In this document: positions 37,468 through 49,917 of the stretch, in pieces
Numbering within the stretch: the stretch's first letter is position 1
Layout: each line of letters begins with the position of its first letter
NCBI GenBank assembly: GCA_002633005.1
Contig: NMRA01000125.1
Coordinates: 839,566-903,565, forward strand
Reading direction: 5' to 3'
Source of the DNA: Phoronis australis
Taxonomy: Eukaryota; Animalia; Phoronida
Length of the DNA stretch: 64,000 nucleotides
The notes under the pieces: generated by a model
The model's input: only the letters and a program-made list of their open reading frames with translations
Databases searched by the model: none
What the model was told of the DNA's origin: nothing
Position numbers and translations under genes: made by a program

Positions 37468-38425
37468 NNNNNNNNNNNNNNNNNNNNNNNNNNNNNNNNN
37501 NNNNNNNNNNNNNNNNNNNNNNNNNNNNNNNNNNNNNNNNNNNNNNNNNNNNNNNNNNNNNNNNNNNNNNNNNNNNNNNNNNNNNNNNNNNNNNNNNNNN
37601 NNNNNNNNNNNNNNNNNNNNNNNNNNNNNNNNNNNNNNNNNNNNNNNNNNNNNNNNNNNNNNNNNNNNNNNNNNNNNNNNNNNNNNNNNNNNNNNNNNNN
37701 NNNNNNNNNNNNNNNNNNNNNNNNNNNNNNNNNNNNNNNNNNNNNNNNNNNNNNNNNNNNNNNNNNNNNNNNNNNNNNNNNNNNNNNNNNNNNNNNNNNN
37801 NNNNNNNNNNNNNNNNNNNNNNNNNNNNNNNNNNNNNNNNNNNNNNNNNNNNNNNNNNNNNNNNNNNNNNNNNNNNNNNNNNNNNNNNNNNNNNNNNNNN
37901 NNNNNNNNNNNNNNNNNNNNNNNNNNNNNNNNNNNNNNNNNNNNNNNNNNNNNNNNNNNNNNNNNNNNNNNNNNNNNNNNNNNNNNNNNNNNNNNNNNNN
38001 NNNNNNNNNNNNNNNNNNNNNNNNNNNNNNNNNNNNNNNNNNNNNNNNNNNNNNNNNNNNNNNNNNNNNNNNNNNNNNNNNNNNNNNNNNNNNNNNNNNN
38101 NNNNNNNNNNNNNNNNNNNNNNNNNNNNNNNNNNNNNNNNNNNNNNNNNNNNNNNNNNNNNNNNNNNNNNNNNNNNNNNNNNNNNNNNNNNNNNNNNNNN
38201 NNNNNNNNNNNNNNNNNNNNNNNNNNNNNNNNNNNNNNNNNNNNNNNNNNNNNNNNNNNNNNNNNNNNNNNNNNNNNNNNNNNNNNNNNNNNNNNNNNNN
38301 NNNNNNNNNNNNNNNNNNNNNNNNNNNNNNNNNNNNNNNNNNNNNNNNNNNNNNNNNNNNNNNNNNNNNNNNNNNNNNNNNNNNNNNNNNNNNNNNNNNN
38401 NNNNNNNNNNNNNNNNNNNNNNNNN
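37468..38425. other. Assembly gap (958 N)
   Basis: Run of N. Confidence 1.
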
Positions 38426-38593
38426 AGTATCATAGGGAGGAATAAAATTCAGAATGCATTTGGTTCAGTTCCTTATCACATTGTCTCTCGGAGAAATAAT
38501 GTGTATTCTGTGCGGGCGGCAGATGGTGCCGGACCGATTAAAACTGTAAATAGGTCGGAGATCTTGGATGGTAGGGACTTGGTAGGTCTGTAG
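38426..38593 (+). CDS. pol: Retrotransposon pol C-terminus (integrase GPY/F-like tail), partial
   Basis: GRNKIQNAFGSVPYHIVSRRNNVYSVRAADGAGPIKTVNRSEIL resembles the Gypsy integrase C-terminal module and lies just upstream of the PPT and 3' LTR. Confidence 0.7.
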   Translation, partial: SIIGRNKIQNAFGSVPYHIVSRRNNVYSVRAADGAGPIKTVNRSEILDGRDLVGL

Positions 38594-38759
38594 TATTTTG
38601 AGTTTTGCTGCTGTTGCGAGCGCGCCAGGCGTTGCCGTGCTGAAAGTGGAATGTGCGTTGTGATGTCTGTAGCCAGTACGAGGAGACTGAATGATTTCCA
38701 TTTCACTGCGCTTTGTTTTCATATTGTATGTTAATGATGTCGGGACGACATTTTTTGTT

Positions 38760-38770
38760 AGGGGGGAGAA
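38760..38770 (+). other. Polypurine tract
   Basis: AGGGGGGAGAA directly before the 3' LTR. Confidence 0.85.
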
Positions 38771-39060
38771 TGTGACGGGACGTTCGTAACTACGCTTATT
38801 GTTATTCTTATTTAGTTGCAAATGTTCAGTTATTCTTATGCTAATGTCTTTGTTGCGTCTCTGTTCGCCTTTGTTACGGGGGCATGTGGGCGCGACTGTA
38901 TGTGTCGGGCACTTCGCTAGCGACAGGCTTAGGAGAAGGGTGTTTCCTTCTTTTGCTTTCATGGAAAGTTGATCGTTATCATGTGCAAATTGAACTGAAA
39001 CGAATGCCTGATGAGAGAAAATACATATTCTGAAGTCCAGTGGAGACTTACTCTGTTACA
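38771..39060 (+). repeat. 3' LTR
   Basis: Copy of 35764-36053, followed by the TTAA TSD. Confidence 0.95.
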
Positions 39061-39343
39061 TTAATACAAGCTATAGCGTGTGACCTTACTTTGTAAATGA
39101 CCTCATGCGACTACTTCACCAGTTGCATTGGTACAGCACTCCGACACGTGAGGAGTAGTCTTGATCACCTCCTCAGTTCACAAAAAATCGTTTGCTTTGT
39201 GCATTGTTACATTATAGTCTGGGAACGACATGTATATCACACGATTTCAATTCGTTCGTGTAAATCTTCAACGATGGATATTGATTTGTAATGCAAAATC
39301 AGGGATGAATGTCTGTTGTGCGGTAAACACTTTTTGTGCGACA

Positions 39344-39415
39344 TTCCCTCGGGGGTCGTTCCCTCGGGGGTCGTTCCCTCGGGAGTCGTTCCCTCGGGAG
39401 TTCTTCCCTCGGAGG
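39344..39415. repeat. Minisatellite, ~4.8 x 15 bp (TTCCCTCGGGRGTCG)
   Basis: Direct tandem copies with progressive divergence. Confidence 0.9.
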
Positions 39416-40553
39416 TTGACAAGTTTCCAGCCACCTACCCGCAGCATCGCGATCGACGCGAAATGTCGACGGTGGTTGCTCTGTTGGACACATTTTGTGA
39501 GACCCAACATTTACTCGCCAGCGGATCTCACTTGGATGATGCATGCGGACGTGGCGCTCAGTTTGGTGATTTTTTAATGACCAGTTTACTAGCAGGAAAG
39601 CGGTGCCTTTCCTTATTAAAGTCCAAAAACATTCACTTTTTGTATTGTGAATGTTCAATAGGGGTCCATTTTCCAGCAAAATTCTGTTTAAAAGAATTCA
39701 GTACAAAGTTTTTTTTTCAATTTCATTCAATAAGCAAACATTATATAGAATTTCAGACCCGACAAAAAGAATTATGTCTTAAGAAAGAATGAAAATGATG
39801 TTTTCATAGAATCCAAATGTTCAAGTCCCTCATAATCGTGTTAGAAAGGCACGGTTTTGTTTTGTTTGATGACTCTGAAAGAGTGGGTACCCTAATTTTC
39901 ATTGCGTTCCACGCACGTGACGAAAAATACGCTCTCCCGTGAGTTATCCTTCGGACTTGATAGATTTTGCAACTATATTTGTGAGGTGACCCAGGGGCTG
40001 GAGGGCTATAGCCCCCCACTTATTTCAGTGCTGCGCCGCCCCTAGAATATGTTGGTGATGAGACGCCTCCTCAAATTTGGGTGAACACAGAACTTAGTAC
40101 ATGCAGTACTCAACTATCTCACAACATCTGACTTTATCATTAGGGCGTAATTATAAACACCACGTTTAACTTGTAATTTGAAGAGACACGTGTGCGAGCA
40201 CTTATAAATTAAGCCCGCTCGTCTTTAATTTCAATAATTCATCTTGTTGACTTTAAAATAAGCGAGCGAACTGTTTGATATCGACACGGGGATCAGTTTC
40301 ACGGGTGCAGATGCTTCAGTATAACACCGAGCAAATGTCCATCATTGCGGTAGCCGGCATACTTGTGGTCAGATCGGGGTCTATCATTTTACGCAAATTA
40401 ATTTAATACGAAAACAAACGCCGGAAATCCCACTCAGTCCAGGTGGCAGTAAACACGTGCAATACACGTTTATACATTGATACTTCTATCCCTGGGCCTA
40501 TTTTCCTGTTTATTCCCCGACGTAGGGTCGTTGTTTATTTATCCACTAATCGG

Positions 40554-40708
40554 CAGTACTGCAGTGGGGCATAGGCGCACGTAGGCGCAGCCAACAACTT
40601 TTGGCATTTGAACGTAGCGCCTACGCACCGAAAGTTACGTTCAGTGCTGAAGGTGATACGGTAGGCTTTGGGCGCCTACTTACCTTTAATTTTACCATTA
40701 CAGCACTG
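40554..40708. mobile_element. Short TIR element (CAGTRCTGYARTGG termini)
   Basis: CAGTACTGCAGTGG at the left and CCATTACAGCACTG at the right; internal TAGGCGC/GCGCCTA inverted motifs. Confidence 0.5.
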
Positions 40709-43512
40709 CTAATCGGACCTCCATAAGAAACATTACGCTGATTGCCGTCTGAACAAGTCGCGTGGGGGCAATGCTAGACAATGCAGTAACAACATCGCAC
40801 GTTATGTTGGACCCTAGAAAAATCTCCATATTTGGCAAACTTTGTCGCATCACGTATCAGAAATGGTGGGTGATCGGATTCATTTTGGAACGTTCATATG
40901 CTATGCTTTATGCAACTGTTCTCCAGATAGTGTAAGGAGTTAAAAATGTTCCACTTTTACGAGGTACTAAACAGTAGGACTTCTACGATATGATTTCGTA
41001 GAGTTCCATAACACAAACGATATAATAGCTTGCAAAATCGTAACAGCGTTTTGAGATTTCATGCTAAAAATTTACATCAAAGGAAATTTGGTCATGTCGT
41101 TAATACATGTACCGTCGTTTTGCTATAAAAGCAGTTTTCTATTTTCGCTAAATTTTACTCGAAAGAAATGGACATGTGGCCAAATTAAAGACAGGTTGGC
41201 ATTTGGCAAAAATTAATTCTACAGGCTTTCTACGTTCTCGAAATAGATATTTTATTTAGTTAAAATCTAGTTTTTATAGGTATTATAGGCTAAATACACG
41301 TACATGTTGATAAGGGTCTATATAACCTCTATGGCCGTGTGGTTCAATTACTTCAAAAATGCAAAGCGGAAGTCGTCGAATAATCAGTTTTGAACTATAG
41401 ACCGGTAACCAAGTGCACCAGTAATGAAAAACACACCAAAAAGAATAAACAGCAGGTTTACAACATTCTGATGAAAACGTACATGTTTGAGGCATGGAAG
41501 TATCGCACTTGAAAAATGAATATTACAAACGTAAGCAGTTATAGTTGACGTGTGATTAGATTCAAAGAGGGAGATTGTGTTAACAGAAAATACACTTCTA
41601 TTAATAACCTTTCACAGACGGCGAAAATCGACGCGTGTGCATGTAGTCGAGGAACATAAAATGTGTGGCGTACAGGGTATGAGTGCCTCCTATCCAGAAA
41701 CCCGGTAAAATGTCTGTTTTAGATAGATGCTACATATTTACTCTTTCTAGATTATAAAATTTCAGCTGTTCATGAACTTATATCTATATAACGCTATATA
41801 TGCCTGAGCCTATGCTCTGCTCGAGGATACCCCCCCCCCCTCTTCATCCATCCTCAGTTCGTCTACAGAAACCAACACTGCTAAGGCCACCAAAATCGTT
41901 AATTACTGTTTATTTCCATATGTATTTTGCTGCCTCATTAGACAAAATACGAAACGTAACTCCATTGAACAAAATATCAGACTCTACAAAATTTGGCTAT
42001 TGGTAAATTAAGAATATGTAAACAGTCAATGTTTTGATAACTGGCATGTAGTGCTTTTCAAGACTGCGGCGTCATGTGATCACTGTGTTCTTGGTGGTTG
42101 AACAGAACCGTTCAGTACGTTAGAAAGTCTCGTTACGGCATCGGGAGCCTTGATTTACTATCCACGTTCTATTTGCGGGCTAATCAACTGCGGGAGCTTG
42201 TTGACGAATGTCAATAGTGGAATGCAGGCCGAGTTGAAATTCGCAACCCTGGCCTATGAAAACCTAGTATACACAAGTCAGTCATAGAATACTTATGTTT
42301 ATTACTATACAATCCACATAACAATATTTTTTTAAAGAAGTTACACTATAGACTCTATTCACGCGGCGGCCATTAAAATCCAAAGCGAGGCTCACTGCGA
42401 TAAACAAAGCGAAAGTAGACATTGCGTGAGTTAAATAGCCGGTCTTTCGAGTCCAACCTGGATACTGAATTTTAATGATGTGTCGACAATTAAACACAGA
42501 GACGCAGAAAATTACATTAGAGAACAAGTTAAGACGCCAAAGAGTTGTCTGACGAAAGGGTTTAATTTTTTTTCGGAAAACTAGGTTCGAAACATGAAAA
42601 GTAAATATGACCAAATTGCAGCAATCGTGGTGTTAAGGATTAGGTATTATGGTGAATGCAGGGTTACGTTTTTTCTTGTAAATAAAATACTTTCTACGCG
42701 GACCAGGTCATCTGCTCGTATTGTTGACGAGTTGCAGACATATTCGACAGTGGTGGCTGTCATGTGCAATTAGTCACATCTGGTTTAATTTGTTGATCAA
42801 GAATATTAACATCAAGCATATAGGATGATCCTATGCACTCACTGGGACTAACAGTTGATTTGTCATTGATCTGAAAGAATAGTTGATGTTATTAAATACA
42901 TTTTTTATTAAAATAATAAACCAGACTCGTAATTGAAAATAAAAATGATTTGACCATCAATTCTGCTTTCATGGTTGTAATAATTCTTACGTCTATTTTA
43001 TGTGTTAGATTTCAAATATCAATCTGGACCAAGTTGAATTTTAAATTAAAACACCTAATTCGTTCGTCCAAAACATAACCTCGTTTTAGAACTCAATTTC
43101 AGTTAACTGGACAATGCAATCATAGTTATCATGTTTCTTCAGGAACCTCGTTCATCCGAGGGGAAAGGTGCCAGTGCCTACTGAGAGGCGATTTTTTCGC
43201 CGAGTGAGGGCGGGAACAATCTACCTCCCGATCACCATCAATAGCACCCCCGCCATGTTGCAAGCTCTCATAGGCTCTGTCTCAATTTAAAGTAGCCTTT
43301 TGTGCTTTTAAAAATTGTCACCTGTGTGGTTACAAATGACGTGAACTCAGAGAGATTTTTCACTAGGGGAATTTTTATACCTCGTGGGGGGAATTTCGCT
43401 TGATATTTCAATATTTTTGAGAGGGGAATAGGACCGATATTGGGCCCCAGATTTGAGGGATTGAGGGCCCTGTTCTTTTTGGAAAGAAGAATTATAATGT
43501 TTCAACCCTTAG

Positions 43513-43808
43513 CAGGGGCGGATCCAGGATTTTGAGTTTGGGGGGCAGGGCACAGGAATAAGCAGCATTTCGGCAGGTGCGCGCGCCCAGCCTAAAATCT
43601 GGGGATGCAGGGGTCTTGAGTTCTTGGGTTTGCAGACCTGTTGACTAAAAAAAAATGGTAAACGGGGTAGTCATTCAGCGCCTATGCGTTGTTTATTCAC
43701 CCCCCAAGACCCCCTGGTTGCGCTCGTGTGCTAGTCAGCAATTCGCACCCGAACTCAAAAATGGGATTTGATACAATTTTAGGGGGGCACCCCCTCCCCC
43801 AAATCCGT
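43513..43808. mobile_element. CAGGGGCGGATCC-family element with a probable nested GCGCGC-family insert
   Basis: CAGGGGCGGATCCAGGATTTTGAG...CCCCCAAATCCG; internal GTGCGCGCGCCCAGCCTAAAA...CTGGTTGCGCTCG at ~43576-43727. Confidence 0.5.
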
Positions 43809-45031
43809 AGTCATGAAAATACAGCCTGGCATTCTCCGGTCGTTACTACATGATGCTTGACAACTGACCAAGATACGCGACAACATATGATCTACTCATT
43901 TCGAAAACATTTATTTTACACGGACATATTTTGCTTCGTCGCGGCGTATGGCAACGACCCAACGCTTCCGAATCTCACGTCTTTAGAGATTGTAAAGCAA
44001 ACAGTTGCGTGTCAGTATTTTTTCTAGCCGTTCGCGGAACAACACGGACGGAAACACAGACTCTTATGCCGATAAGCTAACAGAGCTATCGTAGCGAGCC
44101 TCGTTTTGGAACGCGCCTCCTATCGGCGTGAATAGGGTCTATACATGTATAGTGGAGATCAACTGATTTTCACAACTATACAAGGACGAATATCCTAACT
44201 ATGGGCCGCTGATGGATACAGAATGTCCAGAGGGGGCCCCAAAATTACATCCCGGCAATTCTGTTTTGTTCATCCCCACAGGGAAAGGGCGGCCCTAAGA
44301 CCCCTACACTGTAAGTATGCCAACGTGGTGCACGTCACGATCAATTCGAAGAATAATCTGCCTCCATTGAATAGACAATGCTTCAGATGTGGCAAGGTAG
44401 ACAAGACATCTCGAGCTCCCATATCACAAAGTTACCAAACATGATGGCGCGATATGTGTCCGCCCGGTACAATTGTCTCCTGAACAAAGTGAGATTTTTT
44501 TGTGCAGATGCTCAAACTATCGCATCAAAAAGTATGGCAGCAATTGGAAATTATTGGAGCATACTACGTGTGCGTATTATCAAGCAGGCTACCAACTCTA
44601 CAAGAACTATATTGATTCGCTATTCTATCTACATGTGTAGACTTCGGTGTACTTACCAATACAATTGTCAATATGTTCATCGCGCTTATTTTTATCAGTA
44701 GTCATTCGCACTGAGACGTCTTCTTATCGAGACTGGGCAGTATGCGTAGAAAGCACGATACTACATTTACAGTCAAAGGATAGAGAGTGAATCACATCCA
44801 CGTACGCGCCTCTTAATTCCGGCTACGGACTAGCGACGCGCTTATGGAAACTTGTCCCCCTGCCTAGGTGCGTTTGGTCACCGCGATAACACGGGTGAGA
44901 AACAACATGACAGCCGGTCCTCTAAACAGGACCTCCGGGGATCAAATGGGACCGCCGCACCAGAAAATGGGACTGACGCACCTAAAAACAAGTAGAGCAT
45001 TTTCGGCGCTGTTTTGGAACTGAAGCCGCCG

Positions 45032-45100
45032 GGTCGTGCATGTGCAGGCCTGAAGGTCGTGCATGTGTGGTCTGAAGGCAGTGCATGTGCCGGTGTGAAG
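45032..45100. repeat. Degenerate ~22-23 bp x3 tandem repeat (GTCGTGCATGTG..GG.CTGAAG)
   Basis: Three related units. Confidence 0.7.
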
Positions 45101-46041
45101 ATTTTTACCGCGGATTTGGTGTCTGTGAGGGGCTGGGATTTATCTGGAATTTAGAGGCGCTGCCATAAAATTGTTTCCACCCTGTATGTTGTCAAATGCG
45201 ATGAAAATCAGATTATCAGTCTCTGAGGACGAAAAGATGAAAGTTTGTCCTTTTTAACCTATGCGGGCAGCACGTCCCAGTACGGGTTCACGACCGCATA
45301 CTACATCTATGGTTACGCAATCATGACCTAGGCATCGGGTATTACATAGGGTTCGTGCATGTGGGTCGCGTGCAGTTGGAGAGTGCACTCTGGCTGTAGT
45401 CGCAGCATTTCGACTCTGTCGTTACTCAGAGATTTGGCGGCTGCAACACGACTATTGCCACCTAGCGTTGTCCACAAAAAGTCAACAATGGCACTCGTAA
45501 CATTTACGCTCTACAAGACGACATGGATTTTTGGTATGCTTGGGTAATAAATAAAGCATTGGTTCCGATTAATAGGCGAGTACTCATATTTTTAGAATAT
45601 TTTAGTAGTATTTTTGGAAACCCTGCATACATGTACATGTATAGGTGGGTGCCACATTTGCAAAAGGACTCGGTCTGCGATCGAGCCTGGGAAATATAGG
45701 GACAACCGAGTGGTGGGCACTGGCAGTGACGGCCACTCACTGCAGCCTAGCTTCCCTCAAATGTCGCAATTCTGGTCATAAACACAACGTATCAAATGTT
45801 ACATTCTCAAAAATATTTGTATAGCTACACGTAGGCTCTATTAAACACATGGGTTATTCACGTAAACGTGATTTTACGCTTATCATGATGCGCCCTGGAG
45901 TGAAACTTGAAAAAACGCATTTTGCCGCTTCCTAACTTAATGCAGAGCCCGCATGAGTGACCGACAAGGTTGCGGCTGCAATCGTCTCTACACTAAAAAA
46001 AACTCCCTTCAGCATTAACTTTCACTACAACGTGTTCCTAC

Positions 46042-46150
46042 CGTGTGTCAGTTTATCTTGGGGTTCATCAGTCTGCGAATCCTCGCTGCTGATGCCAACT
46101 TCGTTTATCAATTCCCTGTTGTCTAAGGACACGCGTTGGCAGTCAGATTC
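46042..46150 (-). CDS. Candidate exon of an unidentified minus-strand gene
   Basis: Acceptor TTTGTATTTGTTTTTGAAG and donor GTAGGA; open frame ESDCQRVSLDNRELINEVGISSEDSQTDEPQDKLTH. No homology recognised. Confidence 0.35.
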
Positions 46151-46851
46151 CTTCAAAAACAAATACAAATAAACGTCACGCGTTGGCAGTTAACTCATCC
46201 CTCAAAAGCCAATGAAAACCAACCTAATAGCAAGCGTTTGGAAACTAAATACACGTAACAAAAGTGAATCGATCCAAACCTAAACATACACCTGTATAAC
46301 GTGGAGAACTTAATGAGCAAGTGTGCGCGGACGAGCGTTGCACAAAAATATGGAAATTTCATTTGCTAAAAAAGCAGACGTTCATTTCAGTACGTTAGTA
46401 TTTCAGACGCCAACAGACTACATTATACCGAAAGCGACTTAATGTATTCAGATGCTTTCCATTCATCACACTTATTTCGGCAATAAGTGGTCCAAAAATA
46501 TGCATTTCAAAAACGAGCCTCTGTGTAATACAAATCCATTACTGCAATTAGCTATGTAATTTGTGAAACAAGTTACAGAAGCCCTCCTGGTTTGTCGTGG
46601 ATGAACGGGAAACGAAGATAATCGGCTAAATATACTCGGCCACCAGCCAACAGATTGCTGTTCTATAATTAGGATGGTGGACGTGTCCGGTCATTTTTGT
46701 TTGTTTACTTTCATTCGTCCACTGTTTAGCAATACGATGAGTAAGGGAAAAGATTAAATTTCGTATCAAAAACTATCAGAGTGAACAACCCGTAACTCAA
46801 AACGCAGCATTAATTAGATTCGGATCAAACGACGATGAAGAAAATTTGTGA

Positions 46852-46984
46852 CACAGGCGGATTTAGGTTGTCGTAAGGGGACCCAATCACAATATTTGAA
46901 GGCCAAAAGTATCTGCGTGAGATTTAAGAATGGCACGCTGGTGGTCATACTTTGGTCTTACCCTTCACCCTAGATACGCCTGTG
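46852..46984. mobile_element. Short TIR element
   Basis: CACAGGCGGATTTAGG versus the right-end reverse complement CACAGGCGTATCTAGG (14/16). Confidence 0.55.
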
Positions 46985-49194
46985 AAGCAATTCACATTAC
47001 ACATGGTTCACCACCTTACAGTCTCATATTAAGTACATACGTACATGCACATGTAGTTCAAAATTTTCAACTGAAGAATTCAACTGTGTTTTGACGCAAA
47101 GTATCGTTTACTTTTCACAACAAGTTAAGTAGCCTCAACTGGAGTTTTGTAGAGCTCAGGGATGTCCATATGATACAATTATTCCATAAAGTACATGTGA
47201 AGGCAATCGAAAATTTTGCCTCTCACACATCGTTATGTGCATATTTGAACGAAATTACTGTAATTATAATGACTGCCGCAAAAGTAATCTTACTGGCCCT
47301 GATTTACAAGTGTACATGCATATTCAATCGCAGAGTTTTCTCAAACACACGCTGGTTAGCAAAGTATACAGCATGTGCGGCGCACCCTATGGGGGGGGGC
47401 TGAGGAGCTACAGGCCACCCACTTATTTCAGTTCTGCTCCGCCCATACAGCGCGGGATAACCATGACAAGGCGATATTTGATGGACAGCTTGTTCCTGGT
47501 GAGCGGCACATAAACGATATTACCAAAAATCGTGACCTAATTATGAAAGAGGCACTGGATTCAGTCGCAAAGTTGACAGGGGTCCTTTGCAGACGCTCCG
47601 GGGAGTGTACTCTATCCATAACAACGGACAGAGAAAAAGAGGCACAGCCACTCAAAATTCAAGCCAACGTGAAGCTTGGGCAACCAAGGAATGGGTATCC
47701 GAGGCAATGCGAAATGATGAAAACCCCTACTCGATACTAATCACCGACCCTCTTTTTCATCGCCATCTCTTCCCGTGACCCTGCCGAAGATGCCAGTCTT
47801 ACCGATATCACACAAGGTCAGAGCACCGACCAGAAAAATCTGCTAACCCGATACAATTGCGCCAAATCACCGGTACAAGTCATGTGCCCATCTGTAATGG
47901 CACTTGAAGTAAAATACCAATCTGAGTTGGCAGCACCTCTCTATAACTACGCCTTCTAGGGAACCCCACCCTCTCTCCCCGACCTGTTACTCAGCATTAT
48001 GAAAACTTATTTTCGAAACCGCGAATTGACAGTTCACACACATGTAGTCATCGATTAGCACACATACAACTGCAATTATTCAAGTTTATGCATGTTGTGC
48101 ACCAATACTGGTGCTAGTCGCAACGATGAAGAGCACACGAATTCTCAAACCGCTCAACTTGCGAAGAAATTAACAACGCCCTTGTTCAGTCGTGAAGTAC
48201 GTTGGAGTTCAGCAGCATACACCAACAGCCGACAATACTTCGAGTTTTCCTAGTCGAACACGTTCACCTCCGCCGAGTTCCGATGCAGAACCCCACATAA
48301 CCTCCTGAATTCAATATGTTATACAATGATTCCGAATTTCCATATTTAATGAGACACAAATCGCAGTGTATGCAAATATACGTTACCATGACCTCATCCA
48401 ACGTCACTGAAGGAGTCGCGGACAGCGCTTCCACTGGTGGAGAAATACGTTATCAATATTTTTTCAACCTAGTAATCTGAACAGCAATATCCCCGCCTTT
48501 CGCTTCCATATGGATTCTAATTGGTGAAGGCAAATACTAATGGCTAAGTGATTAGCTAGCGTCTTTAGCAGAAGGTTCTGGAATTCACGCCAACACTCCT
48601 AAACGCTTCAAATCGTCTGTGTACTTGCATACAACGTGCAGACGGTCGCGAGTAGACTGATTTTTTGTGAGTGCAGACTTTTTAAGTGGAGGCAAGCTGA
48701 CTGACAGGATTCTCTTAACATATTTTTTAGATAATTTGATGACTCAGTCCTCGTGATCGACTTACACAAACATGTTCATCACTCGTGCAACATTAATCGA
48801 CCGAGAACAATAGATTTGCTTACGGATTAATGCAACGACTCGACCAGAATGCAGTCTCTTTTCAGGGTTTTATTTGGAAATATTCACGCGATGTATTAAG
48901 GAAAAATAAAATTTGGTTCAATACTTTTCTGTCGATATCACTACTTCACGGTAAGTAAAACAGTTTGAAATTCTAACCAAATAAACGAATGAAGTGTAAC
49001 GGAAGTTGATATCGCGTTCTAATACACAGATCTCCCTCCTAGGAGAAACCTGCAGGAGCGGATCCAGTATATTTTTAAAAGGGGAGGGGTCGAATCAAGG
49101 ATTTTTCAAAAAGGGAGGCCCGAATCAACAATTTGATAATTATAGATTTGATATCACTAAAATCCGCCCGCGCGAGGGGTAAAAAGGAGGCCCG

Positions 49195-49596
49195 NNNNNN
49201 NNNNNNNNNNNNNNNNNNNNNNNNNNNNNNNNNNNNNNNNNNNNNNNNNNNNNNNNNNNNNNNNNNNNNNNNNNNNNNNNNNNNNNNNNNNNNNNNNNNN
49301 NNNNNNNNNNNNNNNNNNNNNNNNNNNNNNNNNNNNNNNNNNNNNNNNNNNNNNNNNNNNNNNNNNNNNNNNNNNNNNNNNNNNNNNNNNNNNNNNNNNN
49401 NNNNNNNNNNNNNNNNNNNNNNNNNNNNNNNNNNNNNNNNNNNNNNNNNNNNNNNNNNNNNNNNNNNNNNNNNNNNNNNNNNNNNNNNNNNNNNNNNNNN
49501 NNNNNNNNNNNNNNNNNNNNNNNNNNNNNNNNNNNNNNNNNNNNNNNNNNNNNNNNNNNNNNNNNNNNNNNNNNNNNNNNNNNNNNNNNNNNNNNN
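49195..49596. other. Assembly gap (402 N)
   Basis: Run of N adjacent to a simple repeat. Confidence 1.
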
Positions 49597-49599
49597 GCT

Positions 49600-49669
<70 letters not shown>

Positions 49670-49917
49670 GTGTGGTGACGGTGATGGTGATGGTGATGAT
49701 GATGATGATGACGATGATGGTGTGGTGACGGTGATGATGAAGGCGATGACGATGATGATGTGGCGATGGTGATGGTGAAGATAATCGTGGTGGTAATTGT
49801 GGGTGATGATGGTGAGTGACGACAACCATGATTCTGATGATGGAGGTGATGATGACGATGGTGATGACGACGATAATGATTAAAGTGACGATGGTCATGA
49901 TGACGATGATGATGGTG
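49597..49917. repeat. (CTG)n/(GAT)n trinucleotide repeat and degenerate GAT/GGT/GAC low-complexity tract
   Basis: Direct inspection. Confidence 0.95.

Larger units (their letters stand above)
35764..39060 (+). mobile_element. Gypsy/Ty3-type LTR retrotransposon (internal part hidden by an N-gap)
   Basis: Two identical 290-bp TG...CA LTRs, 4-bp TSD TTAA (35760-35763, 39061-39064), PBS, PPT, gag ORF and integrase C-terminal fragment. Confidence 0.95.

Noticed and set aside
36436-38593. 669-, 329- and 380-aa ORFs in the track
   Set aside because: Their lengths are inflated by translation through 958 N; only the gag part and the short pol tail are real.
19072-39060. DyP plus nearby Gag capsid as a eukaryotic analogue of the bacterial encapsulin-DyP nanocompartment
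   Set aside because: The Gag belongs to a recent LTR insertion with TSD and identical LTRs. The DyP ends ...QQLRSMA with no encapsulin-type targeting tail and has an organellar presequence. Proximity is best explained by chance.
39237-39792. Overlapping ORFs with 5-aa repeats
   Set aside because: They arise from the 15-bp minisatellite; no splice or homology support.
47375-47740. 121-aa plus-strand ORF
   Set aside because: It starts inside a short repeat element and has no recognisable motif or consistent exon chain.
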